Of a stretch of DNA of 64,000 nucleotides, positions 1 to 13,268 are shown in pieces (the first letter of the stretch is position 1; every line of letters starts with the position of its first letter). The notes under the pieces are model-generated. The model was not told the DNA's origin, did not search any database, and saw only the letters and a list, made by a program, of their open reading frames with translations. This DNA is from Eledone cirrhosa (Eukaryota), in assembly GCA_964016885.1 (NCBI GenBank), contig OZ024740.1:232438001-232502000 (forward strand), read 5' to 3'. The translations under genes were made by a program, and so were the position numbers.

Positions 1-160
1 CATGCTTTCCAGCATAGTTACGTCCCTTTGCGATCTGAGTTCAAATCCCGCCAAGGTTGACTTTGCCTTTCATCCTTACGGGGTCGATAAAATAAAGTAC
101 CAGTAATGCACTGTGTAATTGCTGGCCTTGTGCCAAAAGTAGAAACAATTATTATTATTC
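1..160 (+). mobile_element. tRNA-derived SINE, 5' end cut by the window edge
   Basis: B-box-like GAGTTCAAATCC, central GCCTTTCATCCTTACGGGGTCGATAAAATAAAGTACCAG (resembles the Nin/Deu domain, from memory) and tail GGCCTTGTGCCAAAAGTAGAAACA(ATT)n. The same sequence recurs about 13 times in the window. Confidence 0.9.
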
Positions 161-163
161 ACT

Positions 164-348
164 GAGGTGGATAGCAGTATCGGTAGAGCGTCGGACGCTA
201 TGCTTTGCAGCATAGTTGCTCCCCTTTACAGACTGTGTTCGAATCCCGCCGAGGTTAACTTTGCCTTTCATCCTTACGGGGTCGATAAAATAAAGTACCA
301 GTAATACACTGGATAATTGCTGACTTTGTGTCAAAAGTAGAAACAAAA
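164..348 (+). mobile_element. Full-length tRNA-derived SINE inserted in the tail of the previous SINE
   Basis: A box TAGCAGTATCGG, B box GTTCGAATCC, same body and tail. Flanked by a 13-bp direct repeat ATTATTATTCACT (151-163 and 349-361). Confidence 0.9.
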
Positions 349-364
349 ATTATTATTCACTCAC

Positions 365-410
<46 letters not shown>

Positions 411-418
<8 letters not shown>

Positions 419-1220
419 AATTAGTATATCTACTAACATATATATACAGATGCATACCTATGCCAGCAAATATATAGGTTTTGTGTTAGTAACTTTGTGG
501 GTCAATGCCTGGGGATGCAGAACAATAATATGAAAGACGTAGAATAAGAAAATTATAAAAATTAACTTACTTACTAAAATTTCACTCCAACTAATTAGTT
601 TCTGAAAGGGAATAAACAAGGTTTCCGAAGAAACGCTCGGAGAAGTCCTTTCGACATCAAGGAAGTCTATTCTCAGCTAAGTTTCCAGGCAATGCGTGGA
701 GACAGGGAACTTATACAAAAATAATTCAGTGGATGGAAAAAAAGCAAAGCGTGGACTAAGTTCCAAGACATTGAAAAAATCACTGCCTACTGGGTCGGTG
801 GCAAATTCAAAAGAATCAATCACGTGACATCGAGGTAATCAGTGAGGAGTGGTTTGTTAAGAAGACAGCTGCCGAACCATTACTATGAACGAGCAGTTTT
901 GGCAAATTTTGGCTCAACAAAATAATTTGGAGATAATTATAAAGAATTAGTATATCTACTAACATATATATACAGATGCATACCTATGCCAGCAAATATA
1001 TAGGTTTTGTCTTAGTAACTTTGTTGTTCAATGCATGGGGATGCAGAACAATAATATGAAAGACGTAGAATAAGAAAATTATAAAAATTAACTTACTTAC
1101 TAAAATTTCACTCCAACTAATTAGTTTCTGAAAGGGAATAAACAAGGTTTCCGAAGAAACGCTCGGAGAAGTCCTTTCGTCATCAGGGAAGTCTATTCTC
1201 AGCTAAGTTTCCAGGCAATA
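411..1220 (-). mobile_element. Partial tandem repeat resembling a Penelope pseudo-LTR, between (TA)n tracts
   Basis: 411-693 repeats near-identically at 938-1220 (period about 528 bp). The minus strand has CTGATGA...GAAAC at about 1146-1186, but stem I does not pair. Confidence 0.55.
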
Positions 1221-1747
1221 TATATATATATAAGTAAAAAGGAAAAGAAAATGGTGACAAATTTTTCCCACTGAAAAATAGTTTCATTAGGAATAAGTAT
1301 AAATTAGTAATTAGTATTAGTTAGTATTCAGTTTTAGTTTTAAGTTTTTACCGGTTGCGCATTTCTTATGCTTTTTAAAAATAATTTAGAGTGCTCGTGA
1401 TTTTTTACATAGGCAAACATATTCAAAGTTATTGCGAACATTTAAAAATTATATTGCAATGCCTATAGTACACGCACGTGCATACAAAAACACACATGAA
1501 TATATATGTATATATATATTTATGTACGAACGTGTGTGTCAGTGTATGATGTAACGCAAAATATCATGAAGGATTTAAATATCACAAGGCACGTATTCTA
1601 GCACAAATACAATACACTTTCATACAACTTGTAAGGTTTTTTGGGTTTTTTTTTTTAGTTTTGATAATTTAATCGCTAAATATGAGATGAAAGAATGGTA
1701 TTTAACTTATGTAATGGTACGCGAGTGTATTTTATTTTAACACTTAA

Positions 1748-2060
1748 TTTTTTTTTTTTTTTTTTTTTGTTAAACATACATACAAATAAGGCAGTATTGG
1801 AAAGGAATGTAAATTCTATGAATGAGAGGAAAAGGAGAGGTGCAAAGACTGCAAGACAAAGAAAAAAAGATAGTGGGCAGGGGAGAGCACTGTTCCTTTC
1901 GACTGCGCCCCAGGGACAAAATGGCAAAGACATTTCCTCGGACAATGGCCAGACCACACGCTGCAACAGCCACGCCACCTCGTGAGGTTTCTTCCTCAAA
2001 GGGACTATTCGAACAAGGGAAATGCCTGCTTGTGAAATCAACGGAGACACAGACTTTTTA
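1748..2060 (-). mobile_element. 3' fragment of a CRE-clade non-LTR retrotransposon with poly(A)
   Basis: Minus-strand peptide GLAIVRGNVFAILS matches the CRE C-terminal LS.A..RGN motif and the copy at about 55000-55060. Followed by a 3' UTR and an A run (plus-strand T run 1748-1768). Confidence 0.55.
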
Positions 2061-2165
2061 ACGTAGTTCTCAGGGAGATTCCTTTGTATTATAAGTGCAA
2101 CTCATTCTATGGGGCGGAGTGAAATAAAGTACTTTACTCAAGGACACCACGCGTCGCTCGAATCT
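2061..2165 (-). mobile_element. Degenerate fragment of a second SINE family
   Basis: GTGAAATAAAGTACTTTACTCAAGGACAC is the reverse complement of a GTGTCCTTGAGCAAG-type SINE body motif. Confidence 0.4.
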
Positions 2166-2489
2166 ATATCACACACACCCACACACATTCACTTTGGATT
2201 ATGCAATCATGCCTATCGTAATCCTGAAAAGAAAATATGACTGGATGGCTTGTTCAGTTAAGACTTATTTGTGATTATATTAACCAACACTAACAATAGT
2301 GTAAAATAACAACAATAATAAGCAACCGTGATCTATCTATATATATTACTAAAATTCTGTGCTTGCTTGCTTAGTTGCTTATCTGTAATGTCATACAGCG
2401 AAAGGGGCGCATAATGGGAAGTACTTTGAAAGGGAATATGGAAGAGAGAGAGAGAGCGAGGGAGAGAGAGAGAGAGCTGGTGGTGGTGT

Positions 2490-2550
<61 letters not shown>

Positions 2551-2617
2551 ATATAGATCACAGACAACCACATATATAAATATACACATACACATATATA
2601 TATATATATATATTTAA

Positions 2618-2761
2618 AAAAAGGAAAAGAATGACTTCACTTGTAGTGTTAAAAAATGTTATGATTTAATGTTATAATATAATATTATAATATTATATAT
2701 TATAACATTAAATCATAAAAAATGTTAACACTACAAGTGAAGTCATTCTTTTCCTGTTTTT
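2618..2761. repeat. Imperfect palindrome with arms of about 60 bp, between (TA)n tracts
   Basis: AGGAAAAGAATGACTTCACTTGTAGTGTTAA mirrored by TTAACACTACAAGTGAAGTCATTCTTTTCCT. Confidence 0.85.
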
Positions 2762-2799
2762 CAAATATACCTAACTGTACCAAGGATCTCACACATTTT

Positions 2800-2893
<94 letters not shown>

Positions 2894-3939
2894 CAGACAC
2901 ACACATTTGTATATATACATACACACACGTATATATATGGGCCTTCCAGTTTCATTTCTCATTATGTACACATCTGTGTATACTTTAATTTTTCAAAAAT
3001 TATTTTTAAGTGAACATGATTTAAAAAAAAATATTTTGAAGTCTACGTGACCCGACGAGTCACAGGTGGTCTAGTATCTATTATATAGTCAGTCCCCGTA
3101 ATAAATATAATAGCGCAATCTACTTCAAATCTTCACCTACTATCAGATTTGATAATGTATCTTAGATATACTAACCAAGAACAAAAGATGGAATAATTAT
3201 AGTTTAAATGTCTTTATTCATATATATTCATAAAAGTACTGGCTTAGTGCTGATTTCGGGCTAAGCAATAACTATAATAATAATTTAAAACATTTTCCGT
3301 AACTAAAACAAAATGGCGAATTGGATATGAATTTAGTATTTTTTTCCCTTCCTTTCTTATATTTTTTGTTTTTGATTTTTTTTTCACTTGTCCTCTTTTA
3401 GTTGATCGAGCTGAATAAACAACCAGCCTTGCGTATATCCGGTTTGGTGCAACTCTAAACGTATAATTTTATCAGCAAATCACCCTTCTACCAAGTTTCT
3501 GTATCTACCCTTTCCACCCTGCTTATTTTAATTACCCTCAGATCACGTATGAATTTTGATTGGGATTTAGGCATTGGACGGGTAGGTAAGGTTTTTCCTC
3601 TGGCGTGTGCGCATAAGTGTGTGTGTACACATGTTTGTGTCTTTGTATCTTGTATGATTATATGTATGAGTGTGTAAGATTCAGATTTTGTGAGGGAGAA
3701 TGAGAATGAAAGATTGAAGGTAAGAGAGAGGGGAAGAGAGAGAGAGAGAGAGGGAGAGAGAGCGAGAGAGGGGAGGGAGAGAGAGCTGTCGCGCGCGTGG
3801 TGACGCGCGTGTGTGGACACGAGTGAAAAGACTAAATAAGAATACATTTAAGGAAGAGAGACATCGCGGCCTGCAAGTGGTAATGAGAGAGAAGAAGAGG
3901 GAGTATGATGGCGAGAGAGAAACAGACACTGTTATTATT

Positions 3940-4110
3940 TAGACACGATGCTTTGCAGCAAATAATTATGGCCCTTTACGTTCTGAGTTCAAATCCCGCC
4001 GAGGTTAACTTTGCCTTTCATCCTTAGGAGGGTCGATAAAATAAAGTACCAGTAAATGCACTGGGATAATTGCTGGCCTTGTGCCAAATCTAGAAACAAT
4101 TATTATTATT
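3940..4110 (+). mobile_element. SINE copy, slightly 5' truncated
   Basis: B box, central domain and tail present. TTATTATTT on both flanks. Confidence 0.88.
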
Positions 4111-4199
4111 TGGAGAAGGTCAAAACCGGCCAGACGGGTGAAGCAACCGTCACTCAACCAGAAAGCCAGGGCTAAGCTCTCACTTGTTTCCTCCTTCAT

Positions 4200-4880
4200 T
4201 AAACATGACCTTTCTAAAAGAAAGGCAGTATAAATGAACGTGACCTGGGATCGGCAATGATGCAGGGTCACCTCATCAACGATCTCAGGCCACTGAGCAA
4301 AGATATCATGGTCATTAGTGAAACCAGAATCTTTGAGGCACAAACATTCCCACCCAATTGTGGCGGCTACAATCTGTACGCATCTCTAAGCCGTCCAAGA
4401 TCTTGAGACGGAAAAGCTGTGTTGTTTTGAAGAGATCTGGATCTCGCGACATGTGCCATTTTCTTGGACCAAAGAAGATAAGTTGGGGATCCTGGATGTA
4501 ACCAGCAGCGAAGGGCATGCCTTCAGATTTGTGGCCGGGCCGGGCGGCAAAAATTCTTCCGGCGCCTAGTGACCTTCCCAGGAACGTCCCACACTTTAGT
4601 GTTAGTGGGTAATTAGAACGGCATCTTGGATGCACGCTGGGACTGTGTGGGACTAGTATATGGGAGAGGAAGGTGTAAAAGCATTATAAACCAGGTTTTG
4701 TAGGGAAATAGAAACATCTACCATAGGGTGTCCACAATTCATGGTAGTCGATTACACGGACCACAAATTTGTGATCTGTGTGGTCGATCTATATAGGCTT
4801 CATTGACAGGGATCCAGCAACTGAACGCGTTGGTCTCGCCACGCAAAGTCTACAGAAACCGGATTATCACACAGTCATGA
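4200..4880 (+). pseudogene. Highly decayed Tx1 ORF2 apurinic-endonuclease fragment
   Basis: CAGGGTCACCTCATCAACGATCTCAGG and AGTGAAACCAGAATC align with 13326-13395 (QGHLLNDLR...SETRI). Many frameshifts. Confidence 0.8.
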
Positions 4881-5093
4881 TATATGTCCCTGTGATAAAC
4901 AAGCGAACCTCCAGAGTTACAAGACTCACTATAGAACCTTAATAAAATGAATATATATATATATATAAAACAAAGAGTGTGTGGCAAGACCATAACGCGC
5001 CAGAGTACTCAATACTTAGGGTAGTAGAGTGGGTAATAGAAAAATAGCAATCGAAACGGCCGGAGCTCAGCCGTCGGGGGTCCTGAGTGTTTT

Positions 5094-5177
<84 letters not shown>

Positions 5178-5204
5178 AAAGCCGTCGGGGGTCCTGAGTG
5201 TTTT

Positions 5205-5282
<78 letters not shown>

Positions 5283-5309
5283 TTTATATATTCATTCATA
5301 TATAAATAA

Positions 5310-5480
5310 ATACATGACGGCGATCAATATGTTTTGCAAGGTCTTTGATATGTTATCGTGTGTCGAAACAAATATTGTTATACTTGGAGAGGGTCATATT
5401 GTTGTAATAATATTGCCAGAAATAATAACAGAACACACTCACTGTTTGGTTGGTTTTCGCTTCTGTATCTTTTATATCTC
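5310..5480. repeat. Dispersed Penelope-derived terminal repeat family
   Basis: TATTGTTATACTTGG(G)AGGGTCAT motif also at 17121, 17245-17279 (inverted), 23985-24015 (inverted) and 62894-63080. Confidence 0.65.
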
Positions 5481-5560
5481 CATATTTAATTTATTTGGCA
5501 ATCAACGTTTATCATTGATTGACCAATGGTTAAAAATATACATATAAATATAAATATATA

Positions 5561-6665
5561 GTCTATCCAAGTTCTTTCGTTGCACATCTACAACATCATC
5601 AGTGGTACTATTATTAAGTTCTCTCCGATTGTATTGCGTTGGATTGTATTGTAATGTCTATGCCATTATTTATTTATTTATTTATTTATTCTTGTCTTCG
5701 TCTTTGCGGATTCGTTTGCGTGTGTGTATAATATCTGGTGTGTGTGTTCGTGTTTGAGTGTATGTGTTTTGGTTTTTGTATTCCATCTTTCTTTATATGT
5801 GTTTGTTGTTATTTAAGTCAGTATTGTTTGTTTGGTATGGTTGTTGTTGTTATTCCATTCGTTTCTGTTTAACTTTGGTCTTCTAAGTTCTATTTCACTC
5901 GCTTCACTGATTTGCCTACCTGTTGAGTTATTTCTACGTTTAGATATTATTTTAATATCTATGTTGTCTATATTACCGTCATGTCTTTGTCTGGCGTGTT
6001 CGTATAGTACTGAATCGTTTTTTTAAATTTTTTTGTCCTTTTAGCTCCCCTCCAGTGTTGGTCTATTATTTCTCCTATAGATCGAGCTGTCTGACCTATG
6101 TATATCGTTGTCATGTTTCTGCAAGTACCCTCTTATGCTTTAGACTATATTTCTAGTTTTACAGTTTATCTGGGGGTTCATTTTACATATTACACATTTC
6201 ATATTAGTACAGTGGGTTTTCTTAAAGGGGTTTGTTTTATTGATCAGGGATTTTATGGTAGTTCCTGGCTTTTCTACTACTTTAATCTTTAAGCGGGTCT
6301 TTCTTAGGGCCTTTCTACATTTGTTAACTAATCCCCCCCCCCCCGGGGGGTAGTATCCACGAACATGACACTCTGGTATCTCTGGTTGTCGTATCATGAA
6401 GTGGCTTTCCCTATCTTATGTTTAGTTGTATCTAAGCTATTCCACGATTTTCTCCTGTATAATGGGCAAATTCCTTTCATGTCCATTTCTATGAGGGTCT
6501 TATACTTCTCCATGGCTCGTTTGTATATTCTGATTCTGTCTCTTTGTTTGTAACCAGAGTACTGCATGCGGTTAATGAAGTGTTGGATGTGTCTTTCCAT
6601 TTCAGTTGGGTCGCACATGCGGCACACATTCTTCATCACTCGTTCCAAGTCTGTGATCAGAATAC
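5561..6665 (-). mobile_element. 5'-truncated Penelope-like element: RT thumb/linker and GIY-YIG endonuclease, 3' UTR with hammerhead
   Basis: Frameshifted ORF pieces INRMQYSGY, KIKVVEKPG...CVIC...CKTRNIV and TIYIGQTARSIG (6070-6115). Confidence 0.85.
5567..5605 (-). ncRNA. Minimal type I hammerhead ribozyme motif
   Basis: CCA-CUGAUGA-U-GUUGUA/GAUG/UGCAAC-GAAA-GAACUU-GG. Stem II has 6 bp; stems I and III are weak. Confidence 0.6.
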
Positions 6666-6667
6666 AT

Positions 6668-6745
6668 ATATTTATTTATTATGAGAAGAGATTAAAGTTA
6701 AACAAAGTATCGCTGCTTTCACCCTTAACGGGGCTTTAGTCTTAA
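6668..6745 (-). repeat. Short dispersed repeat, also at 23451-23525 and 34033-34100 (plus strand)
   Basis: Shared GAAAGCAGCGATACTTTG...TTTAATC sequence. Confidence 0.7.
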
Positions 6746-7715
6746 CATTTATTATTACTATATATATATATATATGTAAGTAGATTTTCCATTTACTCTT
6801 TCGCTGCTCTGAGTTTTCCAAGATCGTCAAGTAAAATATTTCGCATTGCATCTGCATAATAGTTCTGCGACCAGGGAAAAGATAAATGAAGACACGATAT
6901 CTAGTTAATACACCGCTATCTTTTTTTTTCTCTGTTAACTTACTCTAACGCATATACACGCACGTCCGCGCACATATACTCACGTACGAACTCACACATA
7001 CATACACACACGTACAATCTCTCTATCACTCACACACATACACACATGGTTAGAGAAATGAATATTAAATCTAAATATTTTACAGGTTCATTTTCCTGCC
7101 CTTAATTACTTCATCTGACAGTATCCTAAAATCACAGCATCAATTTACTCATCAAATAACATTTATTCCAAACAAGAGACACAGAAATTCGAATCTTACG
7201 TTTCCTTACACTCGCGTTTCTTTATCTATTTGTAAGTCGTATCTTTGGGTCTCCAATTTCATTAAAAAATATCACCATATAACCAGGGACCCCAGGTATG
7301 TGACAAGATTTAATTGACCAATTCTTAATCTAATTAACATACATGGCCATTATATACGGACATATTCTTGTCTACATCTCGTGTCATCTCCATACTTATT
7401 TATGAATCGCACAACTATGCCATGGAAATTAAATAACTTCTAGTCTGCTAGGTTTATACTATAAGTTAGTCTGTCTATCAGAAAATACATGTATACACAT
7501 ACACACTCATAAACACATATTCACACACACACACATACACCCACAAACACACATAAACGCACACACAAACACACTCACACACACTCACACACACACAAAC
7601 ACACACACACATACATATATATATGTATATATATATATATATATAAAGTTTATCCTGGGTGCAATCGGGGGTAACCAAAGTATATAGAGTACTCAATACA
7701 AAGCTGAGTATAAAT

Positions 7716-7841
7716 ATTTAATATAGTAAAGGCTTCTACAGGACTAGAACTGTTTTATTCGGGAGAAATCATCAAGGCTTCCTGATGATTTCTCCCGAAT
7801 GAAACAGTTCTAGACCTGTAGAAGCCTTTTCTATATTAAAT
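7716..7841. repeat. Near-perfect palindrome (arms of about 60 bp) containing a hammerhead-like core
   Basis: AGGCTTCTACAGG...ATCATCAAGG mirrored by CCTGATGATTTCTCCCGAATGAAACAG...CCTGTAGAAGCCT. Confidence 0.85.
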
Positions 7842-7938
7842 ATATATATATATAAAAGTATATATATAAATATATTGCGAGAGGGAGATTGCTAGATAGA
7901 TAGAAAGATAGATAGAGACAGAGAGAAAGACAGAGATA

Positions 7939-8122
7939 AATAATTGTTTCTACTTTTGGCACAAGGCCAGCAATTACCCAGTACATTACTGGTACTTTAT
8001 TTTATCGACCCCGTAAGGATGAAAGGCAAAGTCAACCTCGGCGGGATTTGAACTCAGATTGTAAAGGGACGTAACTATGCTGGAAAGCATGGCGTCCGAC
8101 TCTCTACCGATACTGCCAATCC
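7939..8122 (-). mobile_element. Full-length SINE copy
   Basis: Reverse complement of the SINE consensus including A and B boxes. Confidence 0.9.
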
Positions 8123-8159
8123 AAATGTGCATAGAAACAAATATATCCGCACGTACACA

Positions 8160-8224
<65 letters not shown>

Positions 8225-8286
8225 TGTTCAGTGAGATGGGAGTTGGTCGGAGTATTGCTAAAAGCTTTCTATGTTAATGTATTAAG

Positions 8287-8321
<35 letters not shown>

Positions 8322-8494
8322 CTGTCTGTCTGTGTGTGTCTGTGTGTCTGTGTATTTTTTCGTAAGCATTGTATTCATGTAAGTGTGTGTCGTTTGAGGA
8401 TGTGTTTGGTGGATATGTGTGAATATTCGTTTTAGAGAATTAATTCCGCTTCGGTTCTTATAGAATCTGGTCGAAAACCAAAAGACGTGAATTT

Positions 8495-11374
8495 ATGTAT
8501 GGTAATGTAGATATATTTATCTGTAGGAATATAGATATATATATATATATGTATGGAAATGTAGATATATAGATATATATATATATATATGTATGGGAAT
8601 GTAGATATATTTATGTGTGGGAATATAGATATATATATGTGTGGAAATGTAGATATATATATGTATGGGAATGTAGATATATTTAGCTGTGGGAATGTAG
8701 ATATATTTATGTGTGGAAATGTAGATATATATATGTATGGGAAAGTAGATATATTTAGCTGTGGGAATGTAGATATATTTATGTGTGGGAATGTAGATAT
8801 ATATATGTGTGGGAATGTAGATATATATATGTGTGGGAATGTAGATATATATTTATGTATGGGAATGTAGATATATTTATGTGTGGGAATGTAGATATAT
8901 TTATGTGTGGGAATGTAGATATATATATGTGTGGGAATGTAGATATATATATGTATGTATGGGAATGTAGATATATTTATGTATGGGAATGTAGATATAT
9001 ATATATATGTATGGGGATGTAGATATATTTATGTGTGTGGGGATGTAGATATATTTATGTGTGGGAATGTAGATATATATATGTGTCGGAATGTAGATAT
9101 ATTTATGTGTGGGAATGTAGATATATTTATATGTGGGAATGTAGATATATATATGTGTGGTAATGTAGATATATATATCTATGGGAATGTAGATATGATT
9201 ATGTATGGGAACGTAGATATATATGTGTGGGAATGTAGATATATATATGTGTGGGAATGTAGATATATTTATGTGTGGGAATGTAGATATATTTAGCTGT
9301 GGGAATGTAGATATATTTATGTGTGGAAATGTAGATATATATATGTATGGGAAAGTAGATATATTTAGCTGTGGGAATGTAGATATATTTATGTGTGGGA
9401 ATGTAGATATATATATGTGTGGGAATGTAGATATATATGTGTGGGAATGTAGATATATATTTATGTATGGGAATGTAGATATATTTATGTGTGGGAATGT
9501 AGATATATTTATGTGTGGGAATGTAGATATATATATGTGTGGGAATGTAGATATATATATGTATGTATGGGAATGTAGATATATTTATGTATGGGAATGT
9601 AGATATATATATATATGTATGGGGATGTAGATATATTTATGTGTGTGGGGATGTAGATATATTTATGTGTGGGAATGTAGATATATATATGTGTCGGAAT
9701 GTAGATATATTTATGTGTGGGAATGTAGATATATTTATATGTGGGAATGTAGATATATATATGTGTGGTAATGTAGATATATATATCTATGGGAATGTAG
9801 ATATGATTATGTATGGGAACGTAGATATATATGTGTGGGAATGTAGATATATATATGTGTGGGAATGTAGATATATTTATGTGTGGGAATGTAGATATAT
9901 TTAGCTGTGGGCATGTAGATATATATATGTGTGGGAATGTAGATATATTTATGTATGGGAATGTAGATATATTTAGCTGTGGGAATGTAGATATATTTAT
10001 GTGTGGGAATGTAGATATATTTATGTATGGGAATGTAGATATATTTATGTGTGTGGGAATGTAGATATATATATATGTATGGGAATGTAGATATATATAT
10101 GTATGGGAATGTAGATATATTTATATGTGTGGGAATGTAGATATATATATATGTATGGGAATGTAGATATATATATGTATGGGAATGTAGATATATTTAT
10201 ATGTGTGGGAATGTAGATATATATATATATATGGGAATGTAGATATATATATGTATGGGAATGTAGATATATTTATATGTGTGGGAATGTAGATATATAT
10301 ATATATATGGGAATGTAGATATATATGTATGGAAATGTAGATATATTTATGTGTGGGAATGTAGATATATTTCTGTGTGGGAATGTAGATATATTTATGT
10401 GTGGGAATGTAGATATATATATCTATGGGAATGTAGATATATTTATGTGTGGGAATGTAGATATATTTATGTATGGGAATGTAGATATATATGTATGGGA
10501 ATGTAGATATATATATGTATGGGAATGTAGATATATTTAGCTGTGGGAATGTAGATATATATATGTATGGGAATGTAGATATATATATGTATGGGAATGT
10601 AGATATATTTATGTGTGGGAATGTAGATATATTTATGTGTGGGAATGTAGATATATTTATGTGTGGGAATGTAGATATATATGTATGGGAATGTAGATAT
10701 ATTTATGTGTGGGAATGTAGATATATTTATGTGTGGGAATGTAGATATATATATATATGGGAATGTAGATATATATAAGTGTGGGAATGTATATATATAT
10801 ATGTATGGGAATGTAGATATATATATGTATGGGAATGTAGATATATTTATGTGTGGGAATGTAGATATATATATATATGTATGGGAATGTAGATATATTT
10901 ATGTGTGGGAATGTAGATATATATATGTGTGGGAATGTAGATATATATTTATGTATGGGAATGTAGATATATTTATGTGTGGGAATGTAGATATATATAT
11001 ATATGTATGGGAATGTAGATATATATGTATGGGAATGTAGATATATTTATGTGTGGGAATGTAGATATATATATGTGTGGGAATGTAGATATATATTTAT
11101 GTATGGGAATGTAGATATATTTATGTGTGGGAATGTAGATATATTTATATGTGGGAATGTAGATATATTTATGTGTGGGAATGTAGATATATATATGTAT
11201 GGGAATGTAGACATATTTAGCTGTAGGAATGTAGATATATATATGTATGGGAATGTAGATATATATATGTATGGGAATGTAGATATATATATGTATGGGA
11301 ATGTAGATATATTTATGTGTGGGAATGTAGATATATATATGTGTGGGAATGTAGATATATATATGTATGGGAAT
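8495..11374. repeat. Minisatellite, unit about 24 bp (GGGAATGTAGATATATTTATGTGT), roughly 120 copies
   Basis: Direct reading; the (AT) count varies between units. Contains a 608-bp higher-order duplication (identical ORFs at 8955 and 9563). Confidence 0.97.
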
Positions 11375-11945
11375 CGCTGTAAGTTTAATCCTCTACCATT
11401 TCGATACGATACGAAATGGGAAATATGGATAGTGTATTAATTTTACGTGACAGTATGTGTGTGTGTGTGTGCGCGCGCGCGTGTGTGTGTGTGTGTTTCT
11501 GTACAATAACCACGATCGAATATATAGGCGCATAAGCGTCTAACTTAAATGAATAAAGACCACTCACTTTTTGCTACTCTAATGATAGGGGCTCGGACGT
11601 TGCGGTGAAGAACTCACTGGCATGTTGATCACGAGGTGCCTGCCTTGTGGTCCCAGGTGACAGATTGGAGATAACGTTGCCCCGAACTTGAAATAGATGT
11701 TCCAAGTACAAGATGTAAGACAGGTCAAAAGAGGGACGCAAATATAGTCACTCGGGAGGTCGCAGATGCGTGACGAAAGCACAAATAAACAATCATCCAG
11801 CGACAGTGAATTAATCACCATTTTAAAAATCCATCTTTTTTAGAAGAATTAAGCCTGTAGCTAGAAGTGTAAACGAATCGATTGAATTAGAAACCGTTTG
11901 GAAAATTTGAATTGTGAAATGTGAGCATCCCAACACAAATGAATA

Positions 11946-12127
11946 TAATTGTTTCTACTTTTGGCACAAGGCCAGCAATTACCCAGTGCATTGCTGGTAC
12001 TTTATTTTATCGACCCGAAAGGATGAAAGGCAAAGTTAACCTCGGCGGGATTTGAACTCAGATCATACAGGGAGGTAACTCTATGCTTCAAAGCATGGCG
12101 TCCGACCCTCTACCGTCCGACCCTCTA
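11946..12127 (-). mobile_element. SINE copy lacking its first ~20 nt, abutting the Tx1 5' junction
   Basis: Reverse complement of the SINE consensus. 15-bp tandem GTCCGACCCTCTACC x2 at the junction. Confidence 0.88.
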
Positions 12128-12129
12128 CC

Positions 12130-13230
12130 GTCCTCGCCAGCATCGAGGCAAAGATAATCGAAATAGCGAAAGAAAAGCAGGAGAACTGGACCGGATCTTG
12201 GATGGAGCTCCTGATCCAAGCGGACCAAAAAAGCATTGAGGAGATACCAGAGGTAATAGACCTCACTGACGGCAGCCACATCACCCTAACCGTCGAGGGC
12301 AGAAGGCCTAGGTGTGTCGTTTGTGGTGAAGGAACCCACCTAAGGGCTTTCTGCCCTCAGGCTAAAAGGTTGAGGCCACATCTCTTAACCACCCCAGTGA
12401 CTCAACCATCAACACCACCAGCAGTAGAAATGGCAGCAACAACTGTAGCAGCAACAACAGAAGCAACTGTAACAGCAACAACCCCAGCAACAGTAGCAAA
12501 ACCAGCACCACCACCACCCCCCAACGCGCCAGAACTAGCACCAGCGCCTATACCATCCACCACGCCACAACCCAAACCAATGCCTGTGGAGGAATTTCCA
12601 CTCCCCGAACTATCACAACTGGAGACAGATTGTGACGACGAGGAGTGGGAAACGGTATCAGAAAAAAAGAAAAAAAGAAAAAGAAGCCAAAAAAGAAAAA
12701 AATCCTCTTCCTTCCCCCTCCAAAAACAAAATACAAAGGGAAACAAATAAACTATCAAACAAAAAAGTTAGGACAGCTATGCCACCATCCACACCAGCAT
12801 CATCAACCCTATCACCACAAACACCAACACAATCACCATCATTAACCCCAACACCACCATCACCAACATCACAAAAGTCACCAAAAAGTGAAACAAACAA
12901 ACCCACAACAAACGCAAAGAAAACAACCAAAACGATACACACTACACAGCATTAAATTTGAACAACAACCAATTATTACACTACATCCAACACAACACCA
13001 GCATCACAGGAAAAGACTACACAACACCCCCAAAAGTTCACACCACCTCCACACATACAAATCACTCGCATCAAACAGAAAACGTACACGACACTAAAAC
13101 AAAAATTCTCCTAAGACATCGGAGACTTCCGACAAGCACTCTCCAGGAGGATTTATAAGGACATCCTTCCGGAGGAGGCCACAAGCAGTGAAAAGAATGG
13201 TGAAACCATCCTTCCTCTACGAGAAGTAAG
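12130..13230 (+). pseudogene. Tx1 ORF1 (gag-like), partial and frameshifted
   Basis: CVVCGEGTHLRAFC (CX2CX4HX4C), Pro/Thr-rich linker, acidic WETV followed by a Lys-rich tract. Confidence 0.85.
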
Positions 13231-13268
13231 GTAAGTGGTCTTTGCCATCTTATCCACTCCATTTCAAG

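Noticed and set aside
164-250. tRNA gene
   Set aside because: A and B boxes belong to the SINE head; no complete cloverleaf, and the sequence runs into the SINE body.
8495-11374. CRISPR-like array or repeat protein (CGNVDIFM)n
   Set aside because: Spacers are AT/GT microsatellite variants rather than unique sequences; the frame shifts constantly; eukaryotic context with no cas genes.
11589-11660. Plus-strand peptide GLGRCGEELTGMLITRC fits the insulin/IGF B-chain pattern CGxxLxxxLxxxC
   Set aside because: Bounded by stop codons, weak splice sites, and no signal peptide or A chain found. A chance match is plausible in 64 kb; spliced RNA-seq reads would be needed to revive it.
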